This document shows positions 44,425-59,383 of a stretch of DNA of 64,000 nucleotides, piece after piece. The position numbers were made by a program, and so were the translations under genes. The notes beneath the pieces were generated by a model. The model saw nothing but the letters and a program-made list of their open reading frames with translations. It was not told the DNA's origin and did no database searches. Position 1 is the stretch's first letter, and the number at the start of each line of letters is the position of its first letter. The stretch comes from the human T2T-CHM13v2.0 reference genome, Homo sapiens: NCBI RefSeq assembly GCF_009914755.1, contig NC_060926.1. The stretch is one strand, 5' to 3'.

Positions 44425-46084
44425 AGTGAGACTCTGTTTCCTCATCTTGGTTAGTGTTGTATGTGGGCATTGTTTATTTTGTAAAAATTCATCATATTAT
44501 GCATTTATGATTTGTGTATTTTTCTATATGTAATTAAAAATGAGTTATATTACCCAAAAGTGTTTACTTTAAAACAGGAGAAAAATTAATGGCATTCCTC
44601 TGTATTTCCTTTAACCAGTACACAAATATAATCAAATAGTTATGTTGTAATTGCAATGGTTAGTTTGAACACAAGCAGATTTGGTCACAAAATTAAGTTA
44701 AATATTTCTTCCCATAAGTGAACTCACCCTCTGTCCTTGCTCTCATTGACATGTCACTTATATTTTACATCTCCTCCTCCATGGTTTCACTATGAGAGTG
44801 GTAGAGTCTTGAAGCTGGAGATGTAATGATTTTTCACTTTCTTATTTCAAAATTGATGAAACTGGAATGTGCCTCAAGTTAAGTATTGAGTAGCAAAGCC
44901 AGTACCTCGGTTCTTGACGGCTCTAATTCTGTGCCCATTTCCTCTTATCATAGAGCTTCTGGAATCCAAAGGAAATACAAGCATTTTGGTAGTGGTTATG
45001 TCATAGATGTAGTTTGATCTGGGTGGAGGGTACTGAGTGGGGGAGTAACATTCTCTGTTTCTAATTAGAACTAGTAAGCTAATTTTGCAGGTTGTGGAAG
45101 GTGTAGGGGAAAGATTCGGTTAGCCACAAATGTCTACTATGCCTAACCTTTATGCTATGTACTGGGATGTCACTGTCACCAATTATCTTTGTTTTGAGTT
45201 TCTGTTTACCACACATGGCTTCCTGCGCTTCCAAATTTTCCCAGACTCATACTGCTTTACAGCCTTCCTCTTTCTTGAGTCAATAAGGAGTTAGATAATG
45301 CCCCTACTTTTCCCAGTGTGCACACAGAACTGGACTCTGTATATGTGTGAGTGGGTGTAAATCCAGGTTTAAGTCAGTCATTGATCGTGAAGAATCCTTG
45401 GGTTAAGGTTTCTACTGATTGAAATCCTGACTCAGTGATGTAAGAAAGCATTGCAGAATTAAATGTAACAATTATGGCAGGTAGATGCATCTAAACATGT
45501 TTGATTCATAAAGCATGTTTTTATTTGTGCCCATTTTCTTAAATGGTTTTATAACTTATGACTTATTTTTTTTCTTTTTTACATGCTGATCCTGAGTTCA
45601 TAGTCTTGTATTTTGGAAAAGCTAGAAATATTAAAATAGTGCTTCTGGGGTAAAGCATCTGTCAGTATTTCCATTTTGGAATGCAATTTCAAAGGGTTTA
45701 GAAGTCAGCTGTAAAAATTTGTTCTTGGCTGATATTTTGTATACAAAAAGCTCTGCCCAGGATAATTTTCAGAAGAATTCTTGCAACAGCATAAACTGTA
45801 AGGTTATATGGCAGAACCAGCTTACATTGAACTCATTTTTTATGCTTCTATCAAAGTAGGGAAAAGATGAAAGCTTTTAAAATGATTCAAATAAAACAAT
45901 ATGAAATTTGTATTCTAGACTTATATGCTTAGAAAATTGTTGGTTTTAAAAGATACTCTACCACTGTACTATCACAAGGCTCGCCATTGGCTTAACTATC
46001 AAAAATAATAGCACCACCAAACCCAGCATAAGCCCTGAATCTTAGGTGACTTCAGAACAACTCTTTTTACAAATTTTTTAAAAA

Positions 46085-47776
46085 ATAATTTCAACTTTTA
46101 TTTTAGATTCCGGGAGTACATGTGCAGGTTTGTTACCTGACTATATTGTGTGATGCTGAGGTATGGGGTATGACTGATCCTGTCACCCAAGTATTGAACA
46201 TAGTACCCAGTAGTTTTTCAACTCTTGCCCCTATCCCTTCCTTCCTCCTCTGGGAGTCCCCAGTGTCTGTTGCTGTCTTTATTTCCCTGAGTACCCATTG
46301 TTTAGCCCCCACTTATAAGTGAGAACATGTGGTATTTGGTTTTTTGTTCCTGAGCTAATTTACTTAGGATAGTGGCCTCCAACTTCATTAATGGTGCTGG
46401 AAAGGACGTGATTTCATTCTTTTTTAATGGCTGCATGGTATTCCATGGTATATGTGTACCACATTTTCTTTATCCAGTCCAATATTGGACTGGGCACCTA
46501 GGTTGATTCTATGTCTTTCCTATTGTGTATAGTGCTGCAATGAACATATGAGTGCATGTATCTTTCTGGTAGAACAATTTATTTTCTTTTGGATGTATAC
46601 CCAGTAGTGGCATTGCTGAGATTTTTTTTCTATAGAGTTGTTTGAACTCCTTATACATTCTGGTTGTTAATCCCTTGTCAGCCATCTGTAAAGGGATATC
46701 TGCGAAATAGTTTGCAGATATTTTCTCCATTTTGTGGGTTGTCTCCTCACTTTCTCCATTTTGTGGGTTTTTTTCCATTTTGTGGGTTGTCTCTTCATTT
46801 TGTTGATTGTTTCCTTTGCCGTGCAGTTTTTTAACTTGATGTGATCCCATTTGTCCGTTTTTGCTTTGGTCGCCTGTGCTTGTAGGGTATCGCTCAAGAA
46901 GTCTTTGCCCACTCCAATGTCTTGGAGAGTTTCTTCAGTGTTTTCTTTTAGTAGTTTAATAGTTTGAGGTCTTAGATTTAAGTTTTTAATCCATTTTGAT
47001 GTGATTTTTGTATATGGCAAAAGATTGGGCTCTAATTTTATTCTTCTGCATTTAGATAACCAGTTTTCCCAGCACCATTTATTGAAGAAAGTGGGTTCTC
47101 TATTCTGTTCTCTATGTGTCTGTTTTTATGCCAGTATCATACTGTTTTGGTTACTATAGCTCTGTAGTATAATTTGAAGTCTGGTAGAATGTGACTTTTC
47201 CAGTTTCGTTCCTTTTGCTCAGGATAGCTTTGGCTATTCTGGTCTTTTATGGCTTCATATAAATTTGAAGATTTTTTTCTATTTATATGAAGAATATCAT
47301 TGGTATTTTGTTAGGTATTGCATTGAATCTATAGATTGCTTTGGGTAGTATGGACATTTTAACATTATTAATTCTTCCAACCAATGAGCATGGAATATCT
47401 TTCCATTTTTTGTGTGTCTTTTTCAATTTCTATCATCAGTGTTTTATAATATTTATTGCAGATGTCTTTTATTTCTTTGGTTAAGCTAATTTCAAGGTAT
47501 TTAATTTTATTTGTAGCTATTATAAATGTAATTACTTTCTTGATTTATTTTTCAGATTGTTCTGTGTTGGCATAGAGAAATGCTGCTGTATGTTGATTTT
47601 GTATCATGAAACTTTACTGAAATTGTTTATTAGCTCTAATAGTTTTTTGGTGGTTTTTAGGTTTTTCCAAATATAAGATCATATTATCTGCAAACAAGAA
47701 TACTTTGACTTCTTCCTTTCCAATTTGGATACCCTTTGTTTCTTTCTCTTGTCTGATTGCTCTAGCTAGGACTTCC
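46085..47776 (-). mobile_element. 5'-truncated older L1 (old L1PA/L1PB-like) with an internal gap
   Basis: L1 3' end at ~46085; ORF2 fragment '[26 protein letters not shown]'; ends 'ctagctaggacttcc'. Confidence 0.85.
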
Positions 47777-49084
47777 CGAGCAACTTATTTAAGAACAGAT
47801 TTTAGCAGCTCATTTTGAAAGCAGCATTTGGGGCTGCTCAGGGACTGTGTAACTCTAAAGAGACTCTTTTGTCTCTTTTTCCTAGTTGATGAAAAATAGC
47901 TTTCTGTTTGTTACCTGGCTTAGGTGTCCTCAAAGAAAGTAAGAAGGGAAAGCAAAGACATGTTTCTTGCGTGATTGGAGACTTAGTCCGTGAAGCTGGA
48001 GAGCTTCTTGTTAATGTAACTTTCTTCCCAAATCTTTGGGCAGGTCTTAGCTTGAAAAGATCAACCACAATGAAGATAAGCTCCCTGCTTTTATGTTATT
48101 GTGAGCACACGTACACGTATAGTTCTACTGCATTTTACAGCTTGTGGCCAGGTTTTTTTCTTCTTATTGTCTACTTTTTCTTCAACATTCAATCTCATAA
48201 GCAGATTGCCTCCAGGATAATTTTATATGTGGCAGCCAGTCTAGCCTCAGAGTTGGCAATACCTTCCTCTATTGTATTACTTCTGACCCATGGAAGTGCA
48301 GTTCATGTGCAGAGAGCCTACAGGGAACATTTGAAGTCTTGTTGGTCTGAAATGAAACATGACTTTATGTGAAATGTGAATTAGAAATGATGTTGGGTTA
48401 TATACAGTTACTCAGAAATAAAGTCTCCATGGTGGAGAAGGAACTACCTCATTAAGGACATGCTTCTTTCCCTCACCACTCCTTATTCTTCAAGGTGCTG
48501 ATGCTGTACCACACTTGGGCCCAAACAAGGTTAAAACGGCAACAGCCCTTTGGTTTATAAAGCTAAACAACTTTTCTTTCTTTGTAAAAGAAAACAACTT
48601 CTTTAGACAGATATATTTTTTTAAAATTAGGTCATTACTTATTCAGAGATCATAGGAAATTTGCTTCCAGAGTCATCCTGTTCAGCTACGGGGCGGGCTG
48701 GGTTGGGGGGCCGCTATGCCGAGATGAAGGAAAGTCGGCCTTGGCTTCAGAGGTGGATGCATGTTGCTTTCTCTGGAGTCATCTCAGCTGAGAGGCAGCT
48801 TCTCCATCCTTGCCTGGTCTAGTTTTAGGTGGCTTATTCTAGAGACAGGCATTCATGTTGTCATGATCCACTAGAAGCTCGAGGCTGGAATCTTAGGTGT
48901 GGAAGTGATAGTAGGCCTCTTGAAGGGAGAGAAGGCACTACCACACCACTGAGTGAATGTTTGAATTCACAGTTCCTGGAAAGTGGGTATGTTTAGTATA
49001 GAGATGCTCTTTGGGAAAGAGCAGATTATTTTGCTTCTCAGAGGGGTAATCAATTACTATAATTATTTATTGAAGAGTAATGTA

Positions 49085-49640
49085 CTACTATCATTATTGT
49101 TCAAACTGCCCCTGATCTGACCAGTGGTAGCCCCCCAAGTTGATCTCTGTGCCATTTGGACATGTCCTCATCGTTCTTTGAACACTTGTTTATTTCCTGG
49201 TGATGTTCCCACCTCATCCTGTAACTTTCTCTTTGCTATCCCTCGAATCAGCCATTTTTTCTAAGACTCCCTAGTTCCTTTTAATGGAGATATCCAGACT
49301 CTCCCAAGCCCTCTTAATGAACAGAAACTAGGAAAGACATGTATGTATCTTCCCTCCTTCCCTCCTTTCTTCCTTCCTGCCTTCCTATCAGCCTGCCTGC
49401 GTGCCTGCCTTACCTATCTTACCTACCCTATCTTCATCTATCTATCTGTGTCTCTCTCTCCTTTCCCTTCCTTCCCTTCCTTCCTTCCTTTTCACATGGA
49501 TATCTCCAATTCTAACACAACACCATAGGGTTTGTTCTGGTTTCCCCCTTCCCACATTTGTACCCCCTTTCTTTGACAGTGAGAAACCTGGCTCTTACTG
49601 TTCACATTATATTTACTTTTTTGCTCATTCCTGTTTGTAA
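49085..49640 (-). mobile_element. L1MC-type fragment with an internal CT-rich low-complexity stretch (49345-49490)
   Basis: 'ttcaaactgcccctgatctgaccagtggtagcccc..tttggacatgtcctcatc', 'cagtgagaaacctggctc'. Confidence 0.5.
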
Positions 49641-50674
49641 CTAATCTATTTCCATTGCTTGTCTTCTGTATCACTAGGTCACCTGCTTCACTCCAGGCTT
49701 CAGTCCTTGCTAGGCTCCTGCTTCCTCACTCAGGGCCTGGCTCCTTGCTCCCACCTCCCCATCCCCATTGCACCATGTTATTTTTGAACATGGTTCCTTT
49801 GAAAGTTGGAGGTTCTAGCTTTTCTATGTAAAGTCCTATAGCCAGTTGATCAATGGCACTTAGTATACAAGAACCTCAACTCTACTTGTGTTTAGAATGT
49901 TATAACATTTCTATTTTGATTTCTTTCTTGATGGCTATCTTTCTTTTAAGCATCAAGTTGAGAAAAAAAGAAACTGTGTATGTGTGCATGTGTGTATGTG
50001 CCTGTGCGTTTTAAGGTACATACGAATGACATTTAAGGCCCTCCTTGGCAAGGATGAGCTCATTCTTCCTTAGTGGATTTTTTGTTTTTTTTGTGCCTCT
50101 TCAGAAGCTTCCAGCTGCAGTGACACCTGTCTACTTTCTGTTCTGCAAACATGCCTACTTCTTGAACTTTTTAAACTATGACATCTTTTTTCATCACTAT
50201 CCATTCTCATGACCTATGCTGCATTCTGCCATGTTAATTAAGTCTTTCCTTCGTCATCTCACAGGAAGCAAGACACTGCCTTCATTTCCTAAAGCTTATA
50301 CCATTTGATTGATGATTGCTTCTGCTTGAAGATAGTTAGGGATGTGCTTTGTGGGTGTACTTATTTCTAGGTGTTGATAGGCCAATACTAGCGATGTGGT
50401 TTTCGAAAATGCCTTATTAACTGAAGCGTCACCTCACTGTAAGTGGGAGTAATTTGATGCCTAATAGATGCTCTGCACATTACAAAATTTTGATAAATAT
50501 TTCTTGGATTTTAAGTTTTATCAGAATAAAAAATATTTGATACCTTTAGATCATAACCTTGGCTTGTAGTTTGGGTGTTTTTATGGAGTTTTGCACTTTT
50601 CCTGTGTATAGATGCTGAGTTTGCTTGGCTTTGGTATAAAAAAAAATTTATTTGGTTCATATAGTCTTTTTGCT

Positions 50675-53600
50675 CAGGTTTATTGAAGTATAATTTACAT
50701 ATAGTAAAAAATCACTCCCTTTAAGTGTCCGGTTCTATGAATTAAAATCTTGTGTAACCATCACCATAATGAAGATAGAAAAGCATTCTTTACTCCCGAA
50801 AATTCCTTTGTATCCCTTTTAAGTCAACATTTCCCCTCATCCCACAGCCCCTGCCAACCACTGATCTGTTTTGCATCCCTGTGGATTTACCTTTTCCAGA
50901 ATGTCATATAAATGGAATAATTTTGAGTCTGGCTTTTTTCTATTAGCGTGCGCATGTGAAATTTATCCATGTTGTTCACTGTTGCCGACTAGTATTCCAT
51001 TGTATAGATGTTTCAGAGTTTGTTTACCTCTTCACCAGTTGAAGGACATTTTGGTTGTTTTCAGTTTTTGATGATTAAGAACAATGCCCCTGTGAACACT
51101 GCTGTACACATCATCGTAAGAACATATGCTTTTATTTCTCTTGGTTAAGTAGGTACCTGGATGTGGAATTGCTGGATCATATGGTAAGCATATGTTTATC
51201 TTTATACGAAATTATGAAGTGGTTTTCCAAAGTAGCTGTACCATTTCTCACTCCCATGAAAAATATATGAGAGATTCAGTTTCTTTACATCCTCACCACC
51301 ACATATTATAATTATAGCCATTCTGGTGGATGTATAGTGTTATCTCCTTTGTTATTGTTTGTTATATTTTGCTTTGAATTTCCCTGATGACAAAATGATG
51401 CTGAGTATTTTTTGTATTTACACCCATTAATATATATGTTATTCTCTGATGTGTCTGTGTAAGTCTTTTATACATTTTTGGCTTTCATTTTAATGAATTG
51501 TAAGAGTTCTTTATATAATGTGGACAAAAGTCCTTTGCTACACAAATTTCTGAAGGGTACCTTTTGCAGAGCAGAAGTTTTAAATTATGGTGAAATCCAA
51601 TTTATCAAAATTTTTAATGAGTTATGCCTTTGGTTTCCTATCTAATATATCTCTGTCTATCCCAAAGTTGCAAAGATTTCTCCTTTTCTTCTTTCTTCTT
51701 AAAATTGTGGTAAGAACACTTAACTTGATCTACCCTCTTACCAAAGTTTTAAGTGCATGGTATTTTTAAGTATGCATGATGCTGTGCAGCAGATCTCTAG
51801 AACTTAATTCATTTTATACAACTGGAACTTTATATTCATTGACCAGCAGCTCCCATTTCTTTTTCCCCCCAGCTCCTGGCAACCACCATTCTACTCTGTT
51901 TCTGCAAGTCTCTTTTTTTTTCTTATAAAAGGTTTATAGTAGTTTGAATTTTCACTTTTTGGTCTATTGTCCATTTCAAGTTAATTTTTATATATAGTGT
52001 GAAGTGAGGGCTGAATTTCATCTTTCTCCTGTGGATATCTACTTATTTTAGCACATTTGTTTAAAAGACTCCTTTCCCTATTGAATTACCATGACATCTT
52101 TATTGAAAATCAATTTACTATATAAATGTGATTCTATTTCTAGGCTCTATATTCTGTTCCATTAATCTATTTATCTATCCTTCCTTAATTACTGTAGCTT
52201 TGTAGTAAGCCTTAATATTTAGTGGTATTTGTTTTTCAAAATTCTTTTGACTCTTTGGGCTCCTGTGTATATTGATGGGAAATTTAGAATTGACTTTATC
52301 TACTTCTATGCATAAAGCCTATTTGGATTGCATTGAGTCTGTAGATCAATTTGGGGTCCAAATGGCATAGATTGGAGTTGTCTAATCCATGAACAGATAT
52401 TTATCTCCATTTATTTAGGTCTTCTTTAATTTCTTTTGACAGGATTTTGTAGTTTTCAGTGTATAAGTTTTGCATATATTTTGTTAGATTTCTTACTAAA
52501 TCATTCATGTTTTTGATACTATGATAATTGAAATTATCCCCTTAATTTTATTTTCCAGTTGTTCATATCTAGTATATAGAAATTGACTTTTGTATATGTA
52601 TATGTATATATTTTTTATAATGTCCTGCAACCTAGTTATTAGTTTTAGTACATCTTTAAAGATTCTGTAGGATTTTCTGCATATATATTGTCTGTGAATA
52701 AAGGCTGTTTTATGTTTTCTGTTCTAATCTATATGCCTTTTAGTTTTTTCATGCTTTACAAGAAACCTTCACTATGATGTTGAACACAAGTAGTGAGATA
52801 TTCTTGCCTTGTTCTTGATCTTATGAGGAAAGCCCTCTATCTTTCTCATTAATTATGTTAGTTTTAGGTTTTTCATAGATGCCCTTTATCAAGCTGAGGA
52901 AATATCCTTATAGTCTTAGTGGAATTTTCATCATGAATAGAAGTTGAATTATGTCAAATGTGTGTATTGAGATGACTATACAGATTCTTTTCTTTTTCCT
53001 GTTAACATGTTGAATTACAGGGATTGATTTTAAAATGTTAAATTAGGTTTTTATTCATTGGTTTGGTTTGCTAATAATTTGTTGACAGATCTAACATGTG
53101 TCCTCATCAGGATTATTAACTTGTGACTTACTGGTATTATTATGTCTTTGGTTTTGGTATCAGGGTAATAATACTGGTCTCATAAAGTGAGTTGGGAAAT
53201 GTTTCCTCTTCCCCTATATTTTGAGAGAGTATGATAGGGTTGGTATTTCCTTTTTAAGTATTTGATAAAATTTACTAGTGAAGGCATATGGGCTTAGAGT
53301 ATTCTTTTCTAGTGGGTTTTTAATTACAGTTTAAATTTCTTTATTGATATAGAGTGTGATGGTTTTAAACATGACCCAACATTTTTTTTGACATTCCTAT
53401 TATTGATAACAGATACTAAAGGCTTTTAAATTTTTCTGTTTCTTCTTGTATCTGTCTTGGTAATTTGTTTCATTTAGGGGACTTATTCATTTCATCTAAT
53501 TTGTAGACTGTATCGGCATAAAGCTGTTCATAATATTCTTTTACTGTCCTTTTAATGTCTGTAAGATTTTTAATGATTGCCCCTCTTTAATTTCTGAAAT

Positions 53601-54510
53601 ATTATTGGTAATCATGTGCCTTATTTTTCTTTTTTCTTTATCATTCTAGTGGAAGATTTTATCAATCTTTTCATGTAATAACTTTTGGTTGCATTCATTT
53701 TCTCTAGTTTTTGGTCTGATTTTCTATTTCATTGATTTTCTCTCTTAAATTTACTGTATCTTTCCTTCCACTTATTTTGGGTTAAATTAGCTTCTTATAC
53801 TTCCCACCTCCAGACTTTTGAAGGTGAAGCTTGGCTAATTGATTTAGTCCCTTTTTCCCATTAGAAGCACTTAGAGCTATATCATTTTCTCTAGACGCTA
53901 CTTTACATGCATTGCACACATGTTAGCGTGTTGTATTTTTATTATTCAGTTCAAAATAAGTTAAAGTTTTCTTTGTATTTTTTTCTTTGACCCATTCTTT
54001 ATTTTCAGGTGTATAGGTGAATATTCAAATACTTAGGAACTTTTCTAGAATATCATACTACTATTCATTTCTAATTTAATTGTGTTATAGTCAGAGGGCA
54101 TACTCTGCAAGATATCAAGCTCTTGAAACCTACAGAAATTCATGTGGCTCAGCATATGGTCTATTGTGGTAAACATTCTCTGTGCACTTGAACTTATATC
54201 TGCAGTTGTTCAGTGTTATGCTCTGTAAAGGCCACTTAGGTTACAGCTGCTTGCATTGTTCAGGGCTTCTGTTTCCTTACTGGTTTTTGTCTTACTTTAT
54301 TTAATTGTGAAAATATCTATGATTGGGGATTTGTTTATGTCTCCTTTTACTTTTGTCAGTTTTTGCTTTATGTGGTTTAAAGCTTTTTTATTAGGTGCAT
54401 ATACATTTGTAATCATTATATTTTACTAATACAGTGCCGCTTATCAACATAAAGTGTTCCTCTTTTTCCCTGGTAATGCCTTTTTTCTTGAATCACTGTG
54501 TCTAATATTA
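50675..54510 (-). mobile_element. Old L1M element (~3.8 kb) with a nested L1MA/MB 3' fragment (~51700-51910)
   Basis: T-rich antisense L1 3'UTR/ORF2 remnants, e.g. 'ttattgaagtataatttacatatag', 'tttggtatcagggtaataatactggtctcataaagtgagttgggaa'. Confidence 0.75.
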
Positions 54511-54890
54511 ATATGGGAATGTTTTCAAAGATGGGAGGTAATAGAGAACATTTGTGTGCTGATATGAGAAAGATTTACCATAGAGAGGGAGAGGCAATGA
54601 GATGGGGAGAGAAGGATTATCCAAGGAGCAAAACCCTCAGAGCAAGAAGTAGTATTCAGAGCATGTGCTGGGATTGGTCTTTTGCAAAAGAAGTGAATCA
54701 CTTCATCTGTATTTGCACTGCAGAAGAAGGCAAGGATGATTATAGACATAAGTAGATTTTTAGAGTTGGCTATACGTGAAATCTATATATTTTAGATTTT
54801 TAAAATCTAGCAATATGTACTTTACAGTATGCCAGAAACCACTGATCAAAGAAATGTGGTTTCAGTTTTTGTCATCAATATATGAGGGTG

Positions 54891-55246
<356 letters not shown>

Positions 55247-55414
55247 TCAGATAATTGTGGTTAATTTCTTAATACTAAATTGATCCTTTGGAATATCCTC
55301 AGGCTCCGGAATTATGGCTGTTATATCACTGTCCTGAATCTCCCTTGTCCTGAAATTTTTTTTATTATATACTGTTTGATTTTCTGAAATGGTCTGCAAA
55401 TTGAGCTTATTTTT

Positions 55415-55716
55415 AATTTTAATTTTAATTTTTTTCTTGAGACAGTCTCACTCTGTCAGTCAGGCTGGAGTGCAGTGGCGATCTCGGCTCACTGCAACCT
55501 TTGCCTCCCGGGTTCAGGTGATTCTCATGCCTCAGCCACTCGAGTACCTGGGATTACAGGCATGTACCACCATGCCTGACTAATTTTTATATTTGTATTA
55601 GAGACAGGGTTTCACCATATTGGCCAGGCTAGTCTCAATCTCCTGGCCTCAAGTGATCTGCCCGCCTCAGCCTCCCAAAGTGCTGGGATTACATGCGTGA
55701 GCCACCGAGTCTGGCC
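55415..55716 (-). mobile_element. AluS-type SINE
   Basis: TSD tgagcttattttt (55402-55414 / 55717-55729). Confidence 0.92.
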
Positions 55717-56794
55717 TGAGCTTATTTTTTAGTGAGGTCCAGGATATTTAAGTGTGTTTCTAAGATGAAATCTGAGGTAAGGGACTGCAGCTAAGTCTCT
55801 CCACACATAAAATCTTTAAATATAGATGATCTTTATTTGACAAGTTGTTTAACCTTTACAGGTTATTTTCTTTCCTGAATGATGTTATATCTCTGCTTTG
55901 ATTCTCTATCAAAAATTGTTGTGATTCTAAAAGGGGAATAATCTTTCATTCTGGCAAGCAGTTGGAAATTATACCCATAGAAGTAGGCTTCTGTGTATTG
56001 TTTTATCAGTGTAGTGTTCTATGAATAAAAATACAGAGACTTGTCTTTTAAAATGATCCTACTTGAGCATTTCTAAGGAAGCTTCAACTTTATTCTTTAC
56101 TAGTGTTGAAAAATTGGCCATATTCCTCAGATACAGGGATAATCAGTGTAGTTCACTTCCTTGCTGTGGTGATAGATGGAGGAATGGGCATGTGACCCAA
56201 ATCAACCCCAGCAGACCCAGCCTTGGGACTTATTTGCAGAGTCTCTCATTAAGAGCTTATCGGGTTTTGTTTTTGTTTTAATTTTTTACTGGGATCTCTA
56301 AGAGGATGGAATGTAATTCTGGAGCTACTGGTATCCTTGCATCCTTCATCCTTCTCTATGAGGAGAGAAGCTGTCCTGATAATGGAGCAATATTGAGGAA
56401 GGCTGAGTTGAGACACATACACACATACACACAGGCACATACACACATCTGTGCACACACTGTCCCACAGATATCATCTGAGCCTCTCAATTTGATCAGT
56501 TTGTCTCAATTACATAAGCTAATAAGTTACTTTAAAAATGACAGCCAGTTCAAGTTGGTTTTTCTGTCTCTAGTAGCTAATAGAGGCAGTACTAATACAT
56601 TGACTATGTTTTAGAGACTTAAGTCAAAATACAGTAAAGAGTATGAGTCAAAGAAAAGCAACCACCCATGTACAAGGTATATCTATATACATGTATATAT
56701 GTTCATCCACTAAATTTCAATAATTATTCCTCCTGTGAACTCTGTTCAAGTAGAAATCCAGTCCTTCTATCTCTGTTAGAAATTCTTTCGTAGG

Positions 56795-56888
56795 GGCGGA
56801 GGTTGCAGTGAGCCAAGATCGTGCCACTGCACGCCAGCCTGGGCAACAGAGGTGAGATTCCGTCTCAAAGAAAAGAAAAGAAAAAGAA
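56795..56888 (+). mobile_element. 5'-truncated Alu (3' end of the right arm)
   Basis: 'gcggaggttgcagtgagcc..ccgtctcaaagaaaag'; TSD aaattctttc(g/c)tagg on both sides. Confidence 0.88.
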
Positions 56889-57152
56889 AAATTCTTTCCT
56901 AGGGCTTGCTTTTCTAGTTTACCCAGATTTACTTCCTGCCTTTTTGTTTGTTTGTTTTTTTCCTGTTTCTGAGCTTTAGAACTTGGTGTGATATTCTGTC
57001 AAATTGCCTAATGCTCTCTGTTTATTTCTGGCATCAAAAATATTTATCACCTTGCTACTGAGAGAACTCTAGTTGGATCCTGCTGTGTTCTATGAACTGG
57101 GTCTCCTCTGGGAAGTATGCCTGCTTCTCACTCTTCGTTAGTGATTCAGTAA

Positions 57153-57481
<329 letters not shown>

Positions 57482-57826
57482 AGGTTATGGTTCTTTAGTT
57501 GATTGTGGTGGCCATGCAGGAGAGGAGAGAGGGCACATGTTACAGAACACTTCTAATTCTGATTCAAACATGGGAACAGTGTCCAGAGGCCCTATAGCCT
57601 GACCCTTAGATCTCTGAACTCTTCTTCTCCTGCAGTCCAAGCCAGGTCTGCATAGAGGAGGGCTCCTTAACGGGTGCTGATTATTTCTCCAAATCTATTT
57701 TTCTTTTTTTTCTTAAAAGAGTTAAAACATAATTCAGCCATTTTTAAAGGGAGTTAATATAGTTTTCTGTACTGTATCACAAAGAATCAGAAAGAGAGAG
57801 ACAGATCCTGCTGTTCTGAGTTGTTA

Positions 57827-58150
<324 letters not shown>

Positions 58151-58313
58151 TTATTGAGCTGGTGGGATTTAACCCAAGACAGAGTTTGCAGTGGTCTGTG
58201 AATGGTGTATAATGGAAGGAAATGGCAGATAAGATTAAAATAACTGAAAAAGGTCAGTGGACATTGAGAAAGTCAAGGTCTTGTAAGCCAAAGAATAGAG
58301 AAGTAGTTTCTCT

Positions 58314-58438
58314 TTTTAAAATAGAGACGAGGTCTCACTATGTTGCCCAGGTTGGTCTCAAACTCCTGGGCTCAAGCAGTCCTCCACCTTGGCCTCCCAA
58401 AATGCTGGGATTATAGACATGAGCCACTGTACCTGGCT
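58314..58438 (-). mobile_element. FLAM/Alu monomer
   Basis: Monomer; TSD aagtagtttctct (58301-58313 / 58442-58454). Confidence 0.85.
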
Positions 58439-59381
58439 GATAAGTAGTTTCTCTAGGAAAGAGAAACCCATGGGAATGTTTTTGAATAAGAGGATAATCA
58501 GAATTTTTATTTCTGGAGATTTGTAGGGTGGTGTCACTTAGAAGACCAGGGAATTTGTGGAGCTCTAAGATTGCTTGTAAAAAGGTAAGTGAAGGATTTG
58601 GTGACTGGTATGTTAAGCAGTGGGAAGAGTCAAATGTAGTTGCAAGGTTTTCAGCTTGAGTGGCCTGGAAGAAGTAGTAGTGGTGTTTGAAGAAAGAGAA
58701 GAACAGGAAAGGGAAATGCTTTGAGGGGAAGGACCAGAGTGCTTTTGATGTTTTGAGTTTCAGGTGGCAGTGGCCTTCATGGAGTTTGTGTTGCACTGGG
58801 AAAGATATAATAATATTAAATAAAATACTACATGTAGCATACTCAATGGTGATATGTGCTGAAGAGAAAAAAAATAAGGAAAGGAAATATGATTTTGGGG
58901 GATAAGGATTGAGATTTTAAATAGGGTGATGAAAGAAGACCTCATTGAGAGCATGACTTTGGGAAGAAACAAAGGAAGAGAGGAAGCTGTCCTTATGGAG
59001 ATCTTGGGGAATGGCAGTGCGTTCCTAGTGTGCTCAAGGAATAGCAAAGGGGCTGAGGTAGAGAATTGTCAGAGACGAGGTCGGAGGGATCCGGGGTGGG
59101 GGTGCAGTCAGGTAGAGCCTTTACATCATAGGTAGGATTCTGTTTCTGGCTCTGATTGAAGTGGTAAGGCTTAGAGTGGTAGGAGTAGAGAACTGACATA
59201 TCACTTATGTTTCATAGGCTCACTCTGTTATGTTGGGAATAGACTGAAAGGAGGCAAGGGTAGAAGCAGGGAGACCCCTTACATGGCTATTGCTTACTTC
59301 CAGGATGGAGATGATGGAGACTAAACCAGGATGGTGGCAATGAAGGTAGAGCTGACAAGATCAGCTGACAGTTGGGATGTG

Positions 59382-59383
<2 letters not shown>

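Larger units (their letters stand above)
41255..44570 (+). mobile_element. Old L1M ORF2/3'UTR remnant, interrupted by an Alu and an MLT1 LTR
   Basis: Degenerate L1 ORF2-like 'ggatgctcactatcattactttt', 'aatagccccaaactggaaacc'. Confidence 0.7.

Noticed and set aside
47908-48372. 154-aa ORF on the + strand
   Set aside because: Non-ATG start, no recognisable domain and no match to the DIS3L2 continuation; consistent with a chance intronic ORF
51160-51262. Calling this the MIR562 gene itself
   Set aside because: Flanks and 3' end differ from the recalled precursor, which lies farther downstream in DIS3L2
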